From contig CP060262.1 in NCBI GenBank assembly GCA_022646745.1, forward strand, positions 1,751,149 through 1,815,148: 64,000 bases of DNA. Direction: 5' to 3'. The translations under genes were made by a program, and so were the position numbers. The stretch is from Planctomycetales bacterium (GTDB lineage Bacteria > 4484-113 > JAFGCY01). How positions within the stretch are numbered: position 1 is the first letter of the stretch; every line of letters begins with the position of its first letter. The notes under the pieces are model-generated. The model worked only from the letters and a program-made list of their open reading frames with translations, did no database searches and was not told the DNA's origin. This document shows positions 35,377-44,057 of this stretch, in pieces.

Positions 35377-35819
35377 TGAAGTACAAGGAAGACTCCCTGA
35401 TCCAGCCCTCGCTAGAGGCGCTGCAGGAGCGGATTCCCAAGAAGTATGAGCTGGTGCTGACCGCCACCCGGCGCGCCAAGCAGATCATCCGCGACATGCG
35501 CCTGAACACCGTGGGCTACAGCGAGGATGACCTGCGCCGCAAGCCGCTCTCGATCGCGCTCAACGACATCGTCGAGGGCCGTGTCGACTCCACCACGCTG
35601 TCCACTCCGGACATCAACTTCACCGACTACGAAGAGGGCACCAGCGACCTGTTCACCGACATTGACAGCCTCGGGCCCCCCGAGGAGGGCGAGGCCGGGG
35701 ACGACTTCCCCGAGGCCAGCTTCCCCTCGATCCCGGACGATGCGGACCAGGAGGAGGAGGAGCCGGATTACATCGATGATGATGAGTTCGGCCTGTCCAT
35801 CGGCGAGGAAGACGACTAA
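35376..35819 (+). CDS. rpoZ: DNA-directed RNA polymerase omega subunit with ~70-aa acidic C-terminal extension
   Basis: Core KYELVLTATRRAKQI. Tail is D/E-rich (DADQEEEEPDYIDDDEF…EEDD). Conserved gmk-rpoZ-coaBC order. Confidence 0.8.
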   Translation: MKYKEDSLIQPSLEALQERIPKKYELVLTATRRAKQIIRDMRLNTVGYSEDDLRRKPLSIALNDIVEGRVDSTTLSTPDINFTDYEEGTSDLFTDIDSLGPPEEGEAGDDFPEASFPSIPDDADQEEEEPDYIDDDEFGLSIGEEDD

Positions 35820-35834
35820 CAGTCGCCTGATCGC

Positions 35835-37076
35835 ATGTCCGCCGGTAAACGCATCCTGCTGGGAGTCAGCGGCGGCATCGCCGCATATCGCGCCTGCGAG
35901 CTGACGCGCCTGTTCGTGCACAGCGGCTGCGAGGTGCAGGTCGTCCTCACTCCGGCAGCGGAGCAGTTCGTCTCCGCGATGACCTTCACCGCACTCAGCG
36001 GCCGCCGCGCACTTGTCACCGACGATTACGACGGTGGCAGCGAGGAGCTGTACGCGCATCTCAACCTGACCCGTGGGATTGATTGCATGGTGGTGGCCCC
36101 GGCCACCGCGGACTGCATCGCTGACATGGCCCATGGCCGCGCCGACCGCCTGCTGACCGCCTGCCATCTGAGCAACACCGCCCCGCTGGTCGTCGCCCCC
36201 GCGATGAACGTACGGATGTGGGAGCATCCCGCCGTGCAGGCCAATGTGCGCCTGCTGCGTGAGCGCCGTGCTCATGTGATCGGCCCCGCCAGCGGCAGCC
36301 TGGCCTGTGGCGACGTCGGCAGCGGCCGGATGTCCGAGCCGGAGGAGATCCACGACTTTGTATTCGACGTGATCGCCTCCACTCCCTCTGACTTCAGCAG
36401 CGGCGAGCTGGCTGGCCGGCACATCATCGTCACCGCCGGCGGCACCCGAGAATACATTGACCCCGTACGCTACATCACGAACGCCAGCACCGGCACCCTC
36501 GGCCTCGAAATTGCCGCTGCCCTGCTTGATGCGGGGGCCACGGTGGAACTGCTGGAAACCGGCATTGAGCTGCGTCCTGAGATGCTTGAACGGCTCAGCG
36601 AGGTGACCCGAGTGCGCACGGCCTACGACCTGCAGGGAGAGCTGGCGCGCAGGCTACCGGATGCCGACGGCCTGGTTATGCTGGCCGCGGTGGCTGACTA
36701 CGGCCCGGCGCAGTACATCTCCTCCAAGCGCAAGAAGGACGGCGACAGCTGGATGCTTGCGCTGTCAGAGACCCCGGACGTGCTGGCCTCGATGCAGCAG
36801 CTGCGCCGCCCGGACCAGGTGATCTGTGGCGTTTCGCTGGAGGACAGCGACTGGCTTGAACGGGCCAAGGACAAGGCCCGTCGCAAGGGTGCGGACATGC
36901 TGCTTGCCGTCGAGCTCGGTGGCGACCTGCCATTCGGGCGCTCCAAGTTAAACTGCGCGATGGTCACCGGCGATAGTGTTATTGCCGAACCGGGCTGGAG
37001 GGAGAAGCATGAGCTGGCGGCGCTGACCGCCCAGTGGATTGCCGGACGACTCGGTGAGGCAGGCGCCGGGCACTGA
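35835..37076 (+). CDS. coaBC: Bifunctional phosphopantothenoylcysteine decarboxylase / phosphopantothenate-cysteine ligase
   Basis: N-terminal flavoprotein motif LLGVSGGIAAYRA, PAMN…MW. C-terminal CoaB ligase domain. Confidence 0.9.
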   Translation: MSAGKRILLGVSGGIAAYRACELTRLFVHSGCEVQVVLTPAAEQFVSAMTFTALSGRRALVTDDYDGGSEELYAHLNLTRGIDCMVVAPATADCIADMAHGRADRLLTACHLSNTAPLVVAPAMNVRMWEHPAVQANVRLLRERRAHVIGPASGSLACGDVGSGRMSEPEEIHDFVFDVIASTPSDFSSGELAGRHIIVTAGGTREYIDPVRYITNASTGTLGLEIAAALLDAGATVELLETGIELRPEMLERLSEVTRVRTAYDLQGELARRLPDADGLVMLAAVADYGPAQYISSKRKKDGDSWMLALSETPDVLASMQQLRRPDQVICGVSLEDSDWLERAKDKARRKGADMLLAVELGGDLPFGRSKLNCAMVTGDSVIAEPGWREKHELAALTAQWIAGRLGEAGAGH

Positions 37077-37113
37077 CCGGTTCCATTCCAGTAATTAGCC
37101 TCAGGAGACCCAG

Positions 37114-38010
37114 GTGAGAACAACCGCCACCGCCATCTTGCTTTCAATGCTCGTGCTGCTCTGTGCGGCACCGGCCAGCGCTGCGGGCAACAGCCCGGTT
37201 GCCAGCAAGGACGGCGTTACCTTCACGCTTGACGACCTCAACATCTACTGGCTGCGTAACCTCGGCAAGGATGGCCTGCTGGATTTCTTCCAGACGATGG
37301 TCGTCTACCAGGAGGGCCTCAAGCAGGGCCTGCGCCCGACCCAGCAGGAGATGACGGACTTCGTGGACAACACGATGGGCCGCGATGTCTACAACCAGTT
37401 CAAGCTGCTGTACAGCGAGAAGAACGTCAACCAGCTGATCGAGTACACCATCGTCACCGCCAAGTACGAGACCTGGCTGCGTGACAAGATCAGCCGTGAG
37501 AAGAACATCAAGGTCACCGAGGATGAGGCCAACAAGTTCTTCCTCGAGAACATCGAGCAGTTCCACCTGCCGGAGGGTGCGCACCTGTCGATCATCTCCG
37601 TCGACAACGAGGCCGCCGCCAACACGGTGCTCTCGCGGCTTGGCAAGGGCGAGAACTTCGGGGACATCGCCGCCGAGGTGAACATGGACCCGGAGATGCG
37701 CGCGGTGCGCGGCGAGCTGGGCTCCTACCGCCGCGGCGAGGGCCTGCCAAAGCCGCTGGAGGATGCGGCGTTCTCCCTGCAGGAAGGCCAGTACAGCGGC
37801 ATCATCAAGGGCAGCAATTACCACATCGTGTACTGCCACCGGCGCTACCCGGAGGTCAGCCCGACCTTCGAGCAGATCAAGGAGCAGCTGATGGTCGACC
37901 TGCGCGAGGCCAAGATCGACCCCTATTACCTTGATGCGCTGAACGACCTGATGAGCGACCAGCTGCCCAAGTTCAACATCGACGCGGAGCTCTTCCGACC
38001 GGAGGAGTGA
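37114..38010 (+). CDS. Periplasmic peptidyl-prolyl isomerase, SurA/PrsA-like (parvulin domain)
   Basis: Signal peptide MRTTATAILLSMLVLLCAAPASA. Chaperone-like N-terminal domain. Parvulin core HLSIISVDNE…GELGSYRRGEGLPKPLEDAAFSLQEGQYSG…HIVY. Confidence 0.75.
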   Translation: MRTTATAILLSMLVLLCAAPASAAGNSPVASKDGVTFTLDDLNIYWLRNLGKDGLLDFFQTMVVYQEGLKQGLRPTQQEMTDFVDNTMGRDVYNQFKLLYSEKNVNQLIEYTIVTAKYETWLRDKISREKNIKVTEDEANKFFLENIEQFHLPEGAHLSIISVDNEAAANTVLSRLGKGENFGDIAAEVNMDPEMRAVRGELGSYRRGEGLPKPLEDAAFSLQEGQYSGIIKGSNYHIVYCHRRYPEVSPTFEQIKEQLMVDLREAKIDPYYLDALNDLMSDQLPKFNIDAELFRPEE

Positions 38011-38030
38011 GCCAAAAGGCAACGCAAAAC

Positions 38031-38060
38031 GGGGCGTGGCAGGGATGCCGCGCCCTTTTC
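38031..38060 (+). terminator. Probable rho-independent terminator after the PPIase gene
   Basis: GGGCG-(13-nt loop)-CGCCC followed by TTTTC. Confidence 0.4.
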
Positions 38061-38304
38061 ACTTTCTGCTGCCAGCCGGACTGTCTGTCAATGCCAGAAT
38101 CTCCGCGAGCCTCCCGGCTGGCAGCGCGGGATGGCAGCCCGGGGGGCCAGGATGTCGGTCCAAACAGTGGCTGGCGATCCAAGTCCGAGCCAAGGCTGAG
38201 CTGCAATCGTGCCAATCCCGTGGGCAGTGCCCGGGGAGCCGGTTTGAAAACGCTTCTGCGTTGCCTGCCGGACGGCCTGCCAACAGTTAACCGTTTCCAG
38301 CGCC

Positions 38305-38470
38305 TGAACCTGCCAATTCTTCGGGGGGCCGGGTGCCAACGATTCCGGCAACGCCGGAAAATGCCAACAATTGGCCGGATTTCACCGGAAATTCGCCAAA
38401 AACGCCCCATTTCTGGCAATATTCCGGGCAAAAGGGCTTGACTTGCGCTAATATTGCCAATAGTACTTCT
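38305..38470 (+). promoter_or_regulatory. Array of ~6 TGCCAA-N2-4-ATTCCGG-like direct repeats plus a TTGACT..TAGTAC promoter upstream of the SRPBCC-H1 gene
   Basis: TGCCAATTCTTCGGGG, TGCCAACGATTCCGGC, TGCCAACAATTGGCCGG, CGCCAAAAACGCC, TGGCAATATTCCGGG, TTGCCAATAGTAC spaced ~20-30 bp apart. CTTGACTTGCGCTAATATTGCCAATAGTACT contains -35/-10-like boxes. Confidence 0.35.
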
Positions 38471-38486
38471 CTAAGGAGTAGACAAA

Positions 38487-39074
38487 ATGGCAAGGAAAAC
38501 CACTTACAGAAGTCGCATTCAGCGCACCATCGATGCTCCCGCCGCCAAGGCGTTCGATGCGTGGGTTGATGCGAAGACGAATGCCAAATGGTATGCGTCC
38601 AGTGCAAACCACGACGCCAAGGTCGGTGGTGCATACAGCAACAGCAACGGTGACAAGGGCCAGTTCCTTGAGGTCTCCAAGGGCAAGAAGCTCCGCTACA
38701 CCTGGGAGAACCCGAAGAACGCCCCCGGCACCGTCGTCACCGTCAACTTCCGTCCCTTCGGCCGCAACAAGTGCAAGGTCCAGGTGACCCACTCCAAGCT
38801 GCCCAAGAAGACCGACATCGACAAGTTCCAGGAGTACTGGAACTGGGCGACTGACAGCCTCAAGAGCTTCATTGACAGCGGGCGCCGCATGACCATGGAT
38901 GCATGGAAGAAGGCCCAGGCTGCCGAAGCGAAGGCCGCTGCCGCTGCCAAGGCCGCCCCGAAGAAGGCTGCCGCCAAGAAGGCCGCTCCGGCCAAGAAGG
39001 CCGCCCCGGCCAAGAAGGCTGCCCCGGCCCGCAAGCCGGCTGCCAAGAAGGCCGCTCCGGCACGCAAGAAGTAG
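38487..39074 (+). CDS. SRPBCC (AHSA1/Aha1-like START-fold) domain fused to a histone-H1-like AKKAAP repeat tail
   Basis: RBS AAGGAG. N-terminal ~150 aa match the activator-of-Hsp90-ATPase-homolog/SRPBCC pattern (…RTIDAPAAKAFDAWVD…KW…). C-terminal ~45 aa are AAKAAPKKAAAKKAAPAKKAAPAKKAAPARKPAAKKAAPARKK. Confidence 0.7.
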   Translation: MARKTTYRSRIQRTIDAPAAKAFDAWVDAKTNAKWYASSANHDAKVGGAYSNSNGDKGQFLEVSKGKKLRYTWENPKNAPGTVVTVNFRPFGRNKCKVQVTHSKLPKKTDIDKFQEYWNWATDSLKSFIDSGRRMTMDAWKKAQAAEAKAAAAAKAAPKKAAAKKAAPAKKAAPAKKAAPARKPAAKKAAPARKK

Positions 39075-39146
39075 TCAATCCGGCAAGCCGGATTCACCGG
39101 GGCAGGGCCATTGCGGTCCTGCCCCGCTCTTTTTTCTTGACAGCCC

Positions 39147-39758
39147 ATGGCCGTTGACGACAGTTTCGCCGAGTTCTGGGACAGGATGTACCGCAACGGC
39201 AGTTACCTCGAACTGTGGGAAGAGCAGGAGCCTGACCCGCAGGTTGGCAGGATGCTGGCTAGCCTTGTGCTGCCGGCCGGCAGCCGGGTGCTGGACCTGG
39301 GCTGCGGCACCGGGCTGGAAGCATGCGCGATGGCCGCGCTGGGCTGGAGTGCCAGTGGGATAGACATCAGCCCGGCAGCAGTCAGCATGGCCCGGGAGCG
39401 CAGCGCAGTGCTCGGCCTCGGGATTGACTGGCGCGTTGGCAGCGTACTTGAACTCCCCTGGGATGACGACTCCTTCGAGCTGCTCACCGACCGCGGCTGC
39501 CTGCACCTGCTTCCACACTCCAAGTGGCCGCTGTATGCCGCCGAGGCCCGCCGCGTACTGCGCCCGGCTGGCCGGCTGCTTGTGCGGGGCTGCAGCGACT
39601 GTGGCAACCCGGACTTCAGCTGCCTGTCACTGGCAATGCTGGAGGAATTGCTGCTGCCAGCCGGCTTCAGGCTGCTCGAATGCGCCCCCCTGCAGCTTGC
39701 CAACAGCCGCGGCGGCCTGCCGGCCCTGTTGTGTCTGCTAGAATCCGCCCATGCCTGA
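39147..39758 (+). CDS. Class I SAM-dependent methyltransferase
   Basis: Motif I VLDLGCGTG. Acidic motif II (…SASGIDIS), …WDDDSFELL…. Confidence 0.75.
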   Translation: MAVDDSFAEFWDRMYRNGSYLELWEEQEPDPQVGRMLASLVLPAGSRVLDLGCGTGLEACAMAALGWSASGIDISPAAVSMARERSAVLGLGIDWRVGSVLELPWDDDSFELLTDRGCLHLLPHSKWPLYAAEARRVLRPAGRLLVRGCSDCGNPDFSCLSLAMLEELLLPAGFRLLECAPLQLANSRGGLPALLCLLESAHA

Positions 39759-40134
39759 GGGCGAAGACAGCTGGGCCGGACAGGATCCGCAGGTGCACTC
39801 CAGTGGACATGCCCGTCGCATGCGCGAACTGGAGGAGGAGCTAGAGGTGGCGCGCCGCCAGGCTGAGATCGAAAAGGCCCGCGCCGAAGCCGTCGTCAGC
39901 CACCTCGTGGTCGAGAACCATGAGCTGCGCCGCCAGGGCACAGCCATCCCCTCGCAGCAGCCACAGCAGAAGCCACGTCGCAACACCGGCTGGATGCTTG
40001 CCGGCAGGCTGGCAGCCAGTGTCAGCTCAATGCTGCTGGGGCTGCTGAGCTGTGTGACCTTTCTCCTGTTCGCAGTGCTGGTCTGGGCTTACTGGCCGGA
40101 AATCTCCGGCCTCATCTTCCCGCCGGGCCAGTAA
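39751..40134 (+). CDS. Small coiled-coil protein with C-terminal TM anchor (127 aa)
   Basis: ELEEELEVARRQAEIEKARAEA heptad segment. C-terminal WMLAGRLAASVSSMLLGLLSCVTFLLFAVLVWAY. Overlaps the previous gene by 8 nt. Confidence 0.5.
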   Translation: MPEGEDSWAGQDPQVHSSGHARRMRELEEELEVARRQAEIEKARAEAVVSHLVVENHELRRQGTAIPSQQPQQKPRRNTGWMLAGRLAASVSSMLLGLLSCVTFLLFAVLVWAYWPEISGLIFPPGQ

Positions 40135-40319
40135 CCGCTTGCTGCCTTAAGCCTGCAAGGTTGTTTGCTTTAATTGACTGGACATCAGCAGGCTCTGCAA
40201 TTCTCACCGGTCGGATCCGGGATCATCAAATCATTTGCCAATATCCCGCGTCCTGTATCAGTGCGGATTTACATGTACGGACGGTACTCCGAATATTCTA
40301 TGTACGCATTGGTGCTTTC

Positions 40320-41468
40320 GTGAGCAGGCATTACGACAGAGTGGATCCCGGGCCGCACAGTCCGGAGGCTGAACGCAGGCGCAACCTGCAGTTCCTGCTC
40401 GCCTCGATCCTGCTCAACGTGCTCGTGATCCTGCTGCTGCCGGCGCTGAGCCGCCAGGTGGACCTGCCGCTGGTGTTCCAGGTTGAGCTGATTGACCCGG
40501 CGGACCCGCCCAGGCCGAAGCCGCAGGTGCCGCTGATCGTGCCGACGGAGGAAGGGCTGACCGCCCAGGCCGCCGGGGCACAGTCCAATGCCGCCGCCCT
40601 GCAGAACATGCAGCAGGCCCCCAGCAACAGCAGTGCGCCGACCCAGGCATCCAGCCCCTCGAACCTCAAGCCCTCCACCGATCCGCGCGATGCAGGGGCA
40701 ACACCGCAGCCGGGCCAGGCCAGCAACAGCTCGAGCATGACCCAGGTGCCGCAGACCAATGCCGACAACCCGAACAGCTCGACGGTGGTTGACACCAAGC
40801 GGCCGGTCAAGACCCAGCAGTCACCGGAGAAGGTCAAGCCCTCCGGCGAGAGCAGCCCGAGCAACAAGGACGCCAAGCCCTCGCAGCAGCAGGACAAGCC
40901 CGCCACCAACGAACCCGCTGTCAACGTCAACTCCAATGCGCCGGCCAGGCCCGTGCAGGATGCGACCCAACCCGCCACCAAACCAGCTGAGGAGCAGCAC
41001 AGCCCGGACGTGAAGGTGCCGGACAAGCCGGCCGAGAAGCAGAATGAACCCTCGGTGACGGTATCCCCAGAGAACAACCCGCAGGTGAATGTCAGCGCTG
41101 ACAAGCCTGACAGCAACACCACCGGCTCCGTGGACCCGGGACCGCCCGCGGCCCCGCCGGGCCCGAGCCAGGCCGAGCTGAACATCCTCGGTGACTACGG
41201 CGATGCGGCACGCAAGAAGATCCGCCGACTGGTGCGCACCCCGGAACGTGCGCGCGAGCGTGACATCAAGGGCCCCGTGACCTTCGAGTTCGAGCTTGAC
41301 CGCAATGGCAACCTGCTTAGCGTGAAGGCCATCGAGAGCCCGCACAAGATCCTCGAGCAGGAATGCTTCGAGGCCACACGTGTCGCGGCACCCTTCGGCA
41401 AGTTCCCGCCGGAGATCACTGTCAAGAGCTGGAAGTTCCGCATGAAGCTCGAATTCCCGATCGTCTGA
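40320..41468 (+). CDS. tonB: TonB-family energy transducer (start uncertain: GTG 40320 or ATG 40161)
   Basis: Single N-terminal TM (LLASILLNVLVILLLPAL). Pro/Gln/Ala-rich spacer. C-terminal TonB domain (…IKGPVTFEFELDRNGNLLSVKAIESP…). Lower-GC sequence 40140-40320 looks non-coding and contains a weak Fur-box-like GATCATCAAATCATTTGCC. Confidence 0.6.
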   Translation: MSRHYDRVDPGPHSPEAERRRNLQFLLASILLNVLVILLLPALSRQVDLPLVFQVELIDPADPPRPKPQVPLIVPTEEGLTAQAAGAQSNAAALQNMQQAPSNSSAPTQASSPSNLKPSTDPRDAGATPQPGQASNSSSMTQVPQTNADNPNSSTVVDTKRPVKTQQSPEKVKPSGESSPSNKDAKPSQQQDKPATNEPAVNVNSNAPARPVQDATQPATKPAEEQHSPDVKVPDKPAEKQNEPSVTVSPENNPQVNVSADKPDSNTTGSVDPGPPAAPPGPSQAELNILGDYGDAARKKIRRLVRTPERARERDIKGPVTFEFELDRNGNLLSVKAIESPHKILEQECFEATRVAAPFGKFPPEITVKSWKFRMKLEFPIV

Positions 41469-41492
41469 GGCCCCGTTGGGCAAGGAGCGTCT

Positions 41493-42116
41493 GTGATCCT
41501 GGTGATTAACGGTCTTGAATGGTTCAGCAAGGGTGGCTGGGCGATGTACCCGCTCGCGGTCATATCGCTGTACACCGTGTTCGTGATCCTCAACCGGCTG
41601 TATTTCTTCACGCGGTTCATCCCGGAAACCGACACTGAACTGGAGAACGTGCTGCGCGGCACGGCCCTGTTGCCGGAGCGCCTGAATGGCGAACTGGCAC
41701 CGTTGCTGGCCCGTGGCATGCAGGATGGACGGATTGACCGCCGCCGGGCGGAACTGGCCGTCGAGCAGGAGCTGCTGGAGGGAATGCAGTTCCTCAACTC
41801 ACTGGACACCGTCACCCAGGTGGCGCCGATGTTCGGCCTGATCGGCACCGTGACCGGCATGGTGCAGACCTTCCGTACCGTGGCTGAACTGCAGGGCCAG
41901 GTCAACCCCTCGGTGCTGGCCGGCGGCATCTGGGAGGCACTGTTGACAACGGTGGCCGGCCTGATGATCGCCATCCCGGCCGTGATTGCGTTCCGCTACT
42001 TCCGCAGCCGGCTGCTGCGCTGGCAGAACCACCTGAACACGATTGTTGACGACTGCGTGAAGATCACCGCCGAGCGTGGCCCGGTGCGTGTTGCCGTGGA
42101 AGGCGGTGAAGGCTGA
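41493..42116 (+). CDS. exbB: MotA/TolQ/ExbB proton-channel protein
   Basis: GTG start with RBS AAGGAG. Three TMs. Conserved PMFGLIGTVTGM and …GGIWEALLTTVAGL… motifs. Adjacent to tonB. Confidence 0.8.
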   Translation: MILVINGLEWFSKGGWAMYPLAVISLYTVFVILNRLYFFTRFIPETDTELENVLRGTALLPERLNGELAPLLARGMQDGRIDRRRAELAVEQELLEGMQFLNSLDTVTQVAPMFGLIGTVTGMVQTFRTVAELQGQVNPSVLAGGIWEALLTTVAGLMIAIPAVIAFRYFRSRLLRWQNHLNTIVDDCVKITAERGPVRVAVEGGEG

Positions 42117-42523
42117 TGAAGGTCAGCCAGATGCTGGAAAGCGGGGGAGGGCTACCGTTTGCGCCGATGCTGGACGTGATCTTCCTGCTCTTGATCTTCT
42201 TCATGCTGATCACGCGCTACCTGCCGCCCTCGCTGTCCGTCACCCTGCCGGAGGCGGACTCTGCGGCGGTTGACGACAAGCCCTCCGTGATGATATCGAT
42301 AGACGAGGCCGGACTGCTGGCGGTGGATGGCGTGGAGTACCAGTGGGAGGCCCTGCCACGCCTGTTCGAGGGCAGCGACCCGGAGACCAGCGTGCGCATT
42401 GCGGCTGACCGCGGCACGGACTACGAGCTGGTGGTGCGTGCGATGGATGCCGCCGGGCAGGCCGGGCTGACGCATATCGCGCTGGAGACCGCGCCAGGTG
42501 CGCTGTCCGGTGCAACGAACTGA
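42116..42523 (+). CDS. exbD: ExbD/TolR biopolymer transport protein
   Basis: 1-nt overlap with exbB. N-terminal PMLDVIFLLLIFFM TM. Periplasmic domain …ISIDEAGLLAVDG…. Confidence 0.8.
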   Translation: MKVSQMLESGGGLPFAPMLDVIFLLLIFFMLITRYLPPSLSVTLPEADSAAVDDKPSVMISIDEAGLLAVDGVEYQWEALPRLFEGSDPETSVRIAADRGTDYELVVRAMDAAGQAGLTHIALETAPGALSGATN

Positions 42524-42576
42524 CAACACAAACCTAACAGGCCCGTGGATGACGCGGGCGAGATGGAGGATGCAAG

Positions 42577-44055
42577 GTGGGATACGGTCCCGGCTCCTAC
42601 AACGGGAAACAGGACTTGCTGGAACAGCTCAGGGCCAAGCGCCGCAAGCGCCAGGCCCGGCTGCTGGCATTCTCGATCCTGGCTACCGCCGGCTTGCTGG
42701 TGCTTGTCGTGCTGGTCATCGGCCTGAAGAGCTGCATCTCCGGCCCGGGGGCCGGTCCGCAGCAGCTGGACCAGGCGCAGCTGCCACCGGAAGTGCAGAC
42801 CACGGCTGCCAGCGAGGCCGGCCAGATCGACTTCCGCCCGGAGCCGCTGTTCACGGCGCTCGGCAGCGATCTGCTGCTAAGTGCCAACGCCGGCATGGTG
42901 GACGGCCAGCCCTCCTCCGGCCTGGTGGAGAAGCTGGTGGCGCATTCGATCAGTGATGGCAAGCTGGCCTGGGAACGGCCCGTCAATGACATCCTGTCCG
43001 GCATGCTGGTCAGCGGTGGCAACCTGGTGGTGCACCGCGAGGACGACCACGGCTTCAGTGCGCAGGCATTCAGCCTGGCGGATGGCAGCCCGGTGTGGGA
43101 CTTCAGTATCGACGGCGCGCAGAACATCAGCATCGCGAATGACAACGCCCGGCTGGCAGTGGCCTACAACCTGGCTGACGGCTACCGCGTGGCGATCTAC
43201 GACACGGTGAAGGGCGTGAAGGGCAGCGGCAGGATGCTGCAGGGTGCCAACAGCACGATGCTGGATGTCAGCCGGATGAACATGCGCTTCATCGGAACCC
43301 AGCTGCTGTACACGGTCGACCGCACGGTCGGCATGATTGACTTCGAACAGGGCAGTGCCTGGGCCGAGACCGGCAGCACCCAGGTGATCATCGCCAGCCC
43401 GGACCCGGCCAACCGGCAGGTCTATGTGCTGAGCTGGGGGAACGGTGCCGACAGCCTTGTGCTCTATGTGCGCGGATTCGGGGATGGCAAGGGCAAGGAA
43501 CTGGACCGCTTCGAGACCACCGCTGAATGGCCCGTGATGGTGGCTGACGACGGCTACCTGCTGCTGGCCTGCTCGGACCGGCGCGCTGACGGGAAGTTCG
43601 ACACGACCGTGCGCCTGTTCCGCAAAGACTCGCGCGACACCTATGTGCGCGAGACGCTGGAGGGCGTGGTCGTCGAGGACGCGATGCCACTGGCCAGCGG
43701 GCTGTTCGTGCTGGGCACCAACCGCAGCACCGGCAATCCTGACAACCCGGCCAGCGGCGGGCAGCTGCACCTTGTCAATGCCGAGGACGGCAGTGTGACC
43801 GAGTTCGAGGGCATGCGCGAGAACGTGGAGTACACCATCCGCTTCGGTGAGGACCGGCTGGTGCTGCTTGACAACGGCGACATCCGCCGCATCGAACTCG
43901 GGGACTCCCGTGCGGTAAAAGTGCGCCGCGCCGCCTACCCGATGCTCAGGCCGCTGTTCAGCCCTGACATGGACGTGCTCGGCGTGCTCAGCACCCAGCC
44001 GGAGTCAGTGCCGGGCAGTGCCGGCAGCCGCATGCAGGCCGTGATCTTCCGCTAG
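42577..44055 (+). CDS. Membrane-anchored PQQ-like beta-propeller repeat protein
   Basis: GTG start with RBS GGAGGA. N-terminal TM (LLAFSILATAGLLVLVVLVIGL). Repeated …G.L.W…(D/N)G.(V/L)W… blades similar to BamB/PQQ repeats. Directly follows exbD. Confidence 0.6.
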   Translation: MGYGPGSYNGKQDLLEQLRAKRRKRQARLLAFSILATAGLLVLVVLVIGLKSCISGPGAGPQQLDQAQLPPEVQTTAASEAGQIDFRPEPLFTALGSDLLLSANAGMVDGQPSSGLVEKLVAHSISDGKLAWERPVNDILSGMLVSGGNLVVHREDDHGFSAQAFSLADGSPVWDFSIDGAQNISIANDNARLAVAYNLADGYRVAIYDTVKGVKGSGRMLQGANSTMLDVSRMNMRFIGTQLLYTVDRTVGMIDFEQGSAWAETGSTQVIIASPDPANRQVYVLSWGNGADSLVLYVRGFGDGKGKELDRFETTAEWPVMVADDGYLLLACSDRRADGKFDTTVRLFRKDSRDTYVRETLEGVVVEDAMPLASGLFVLGTNRSTGNPDNPASGGQLHLVNAEDGSVTEFEGMRENVEYTIRFGEDRLVLLDNGDIRRIELGDSRAVKVRRAAYPMLRPLFSPDMDVLGVLSTQPESVPGSAGSRMQAVIFR

Positions 44056-44057
44056 GC

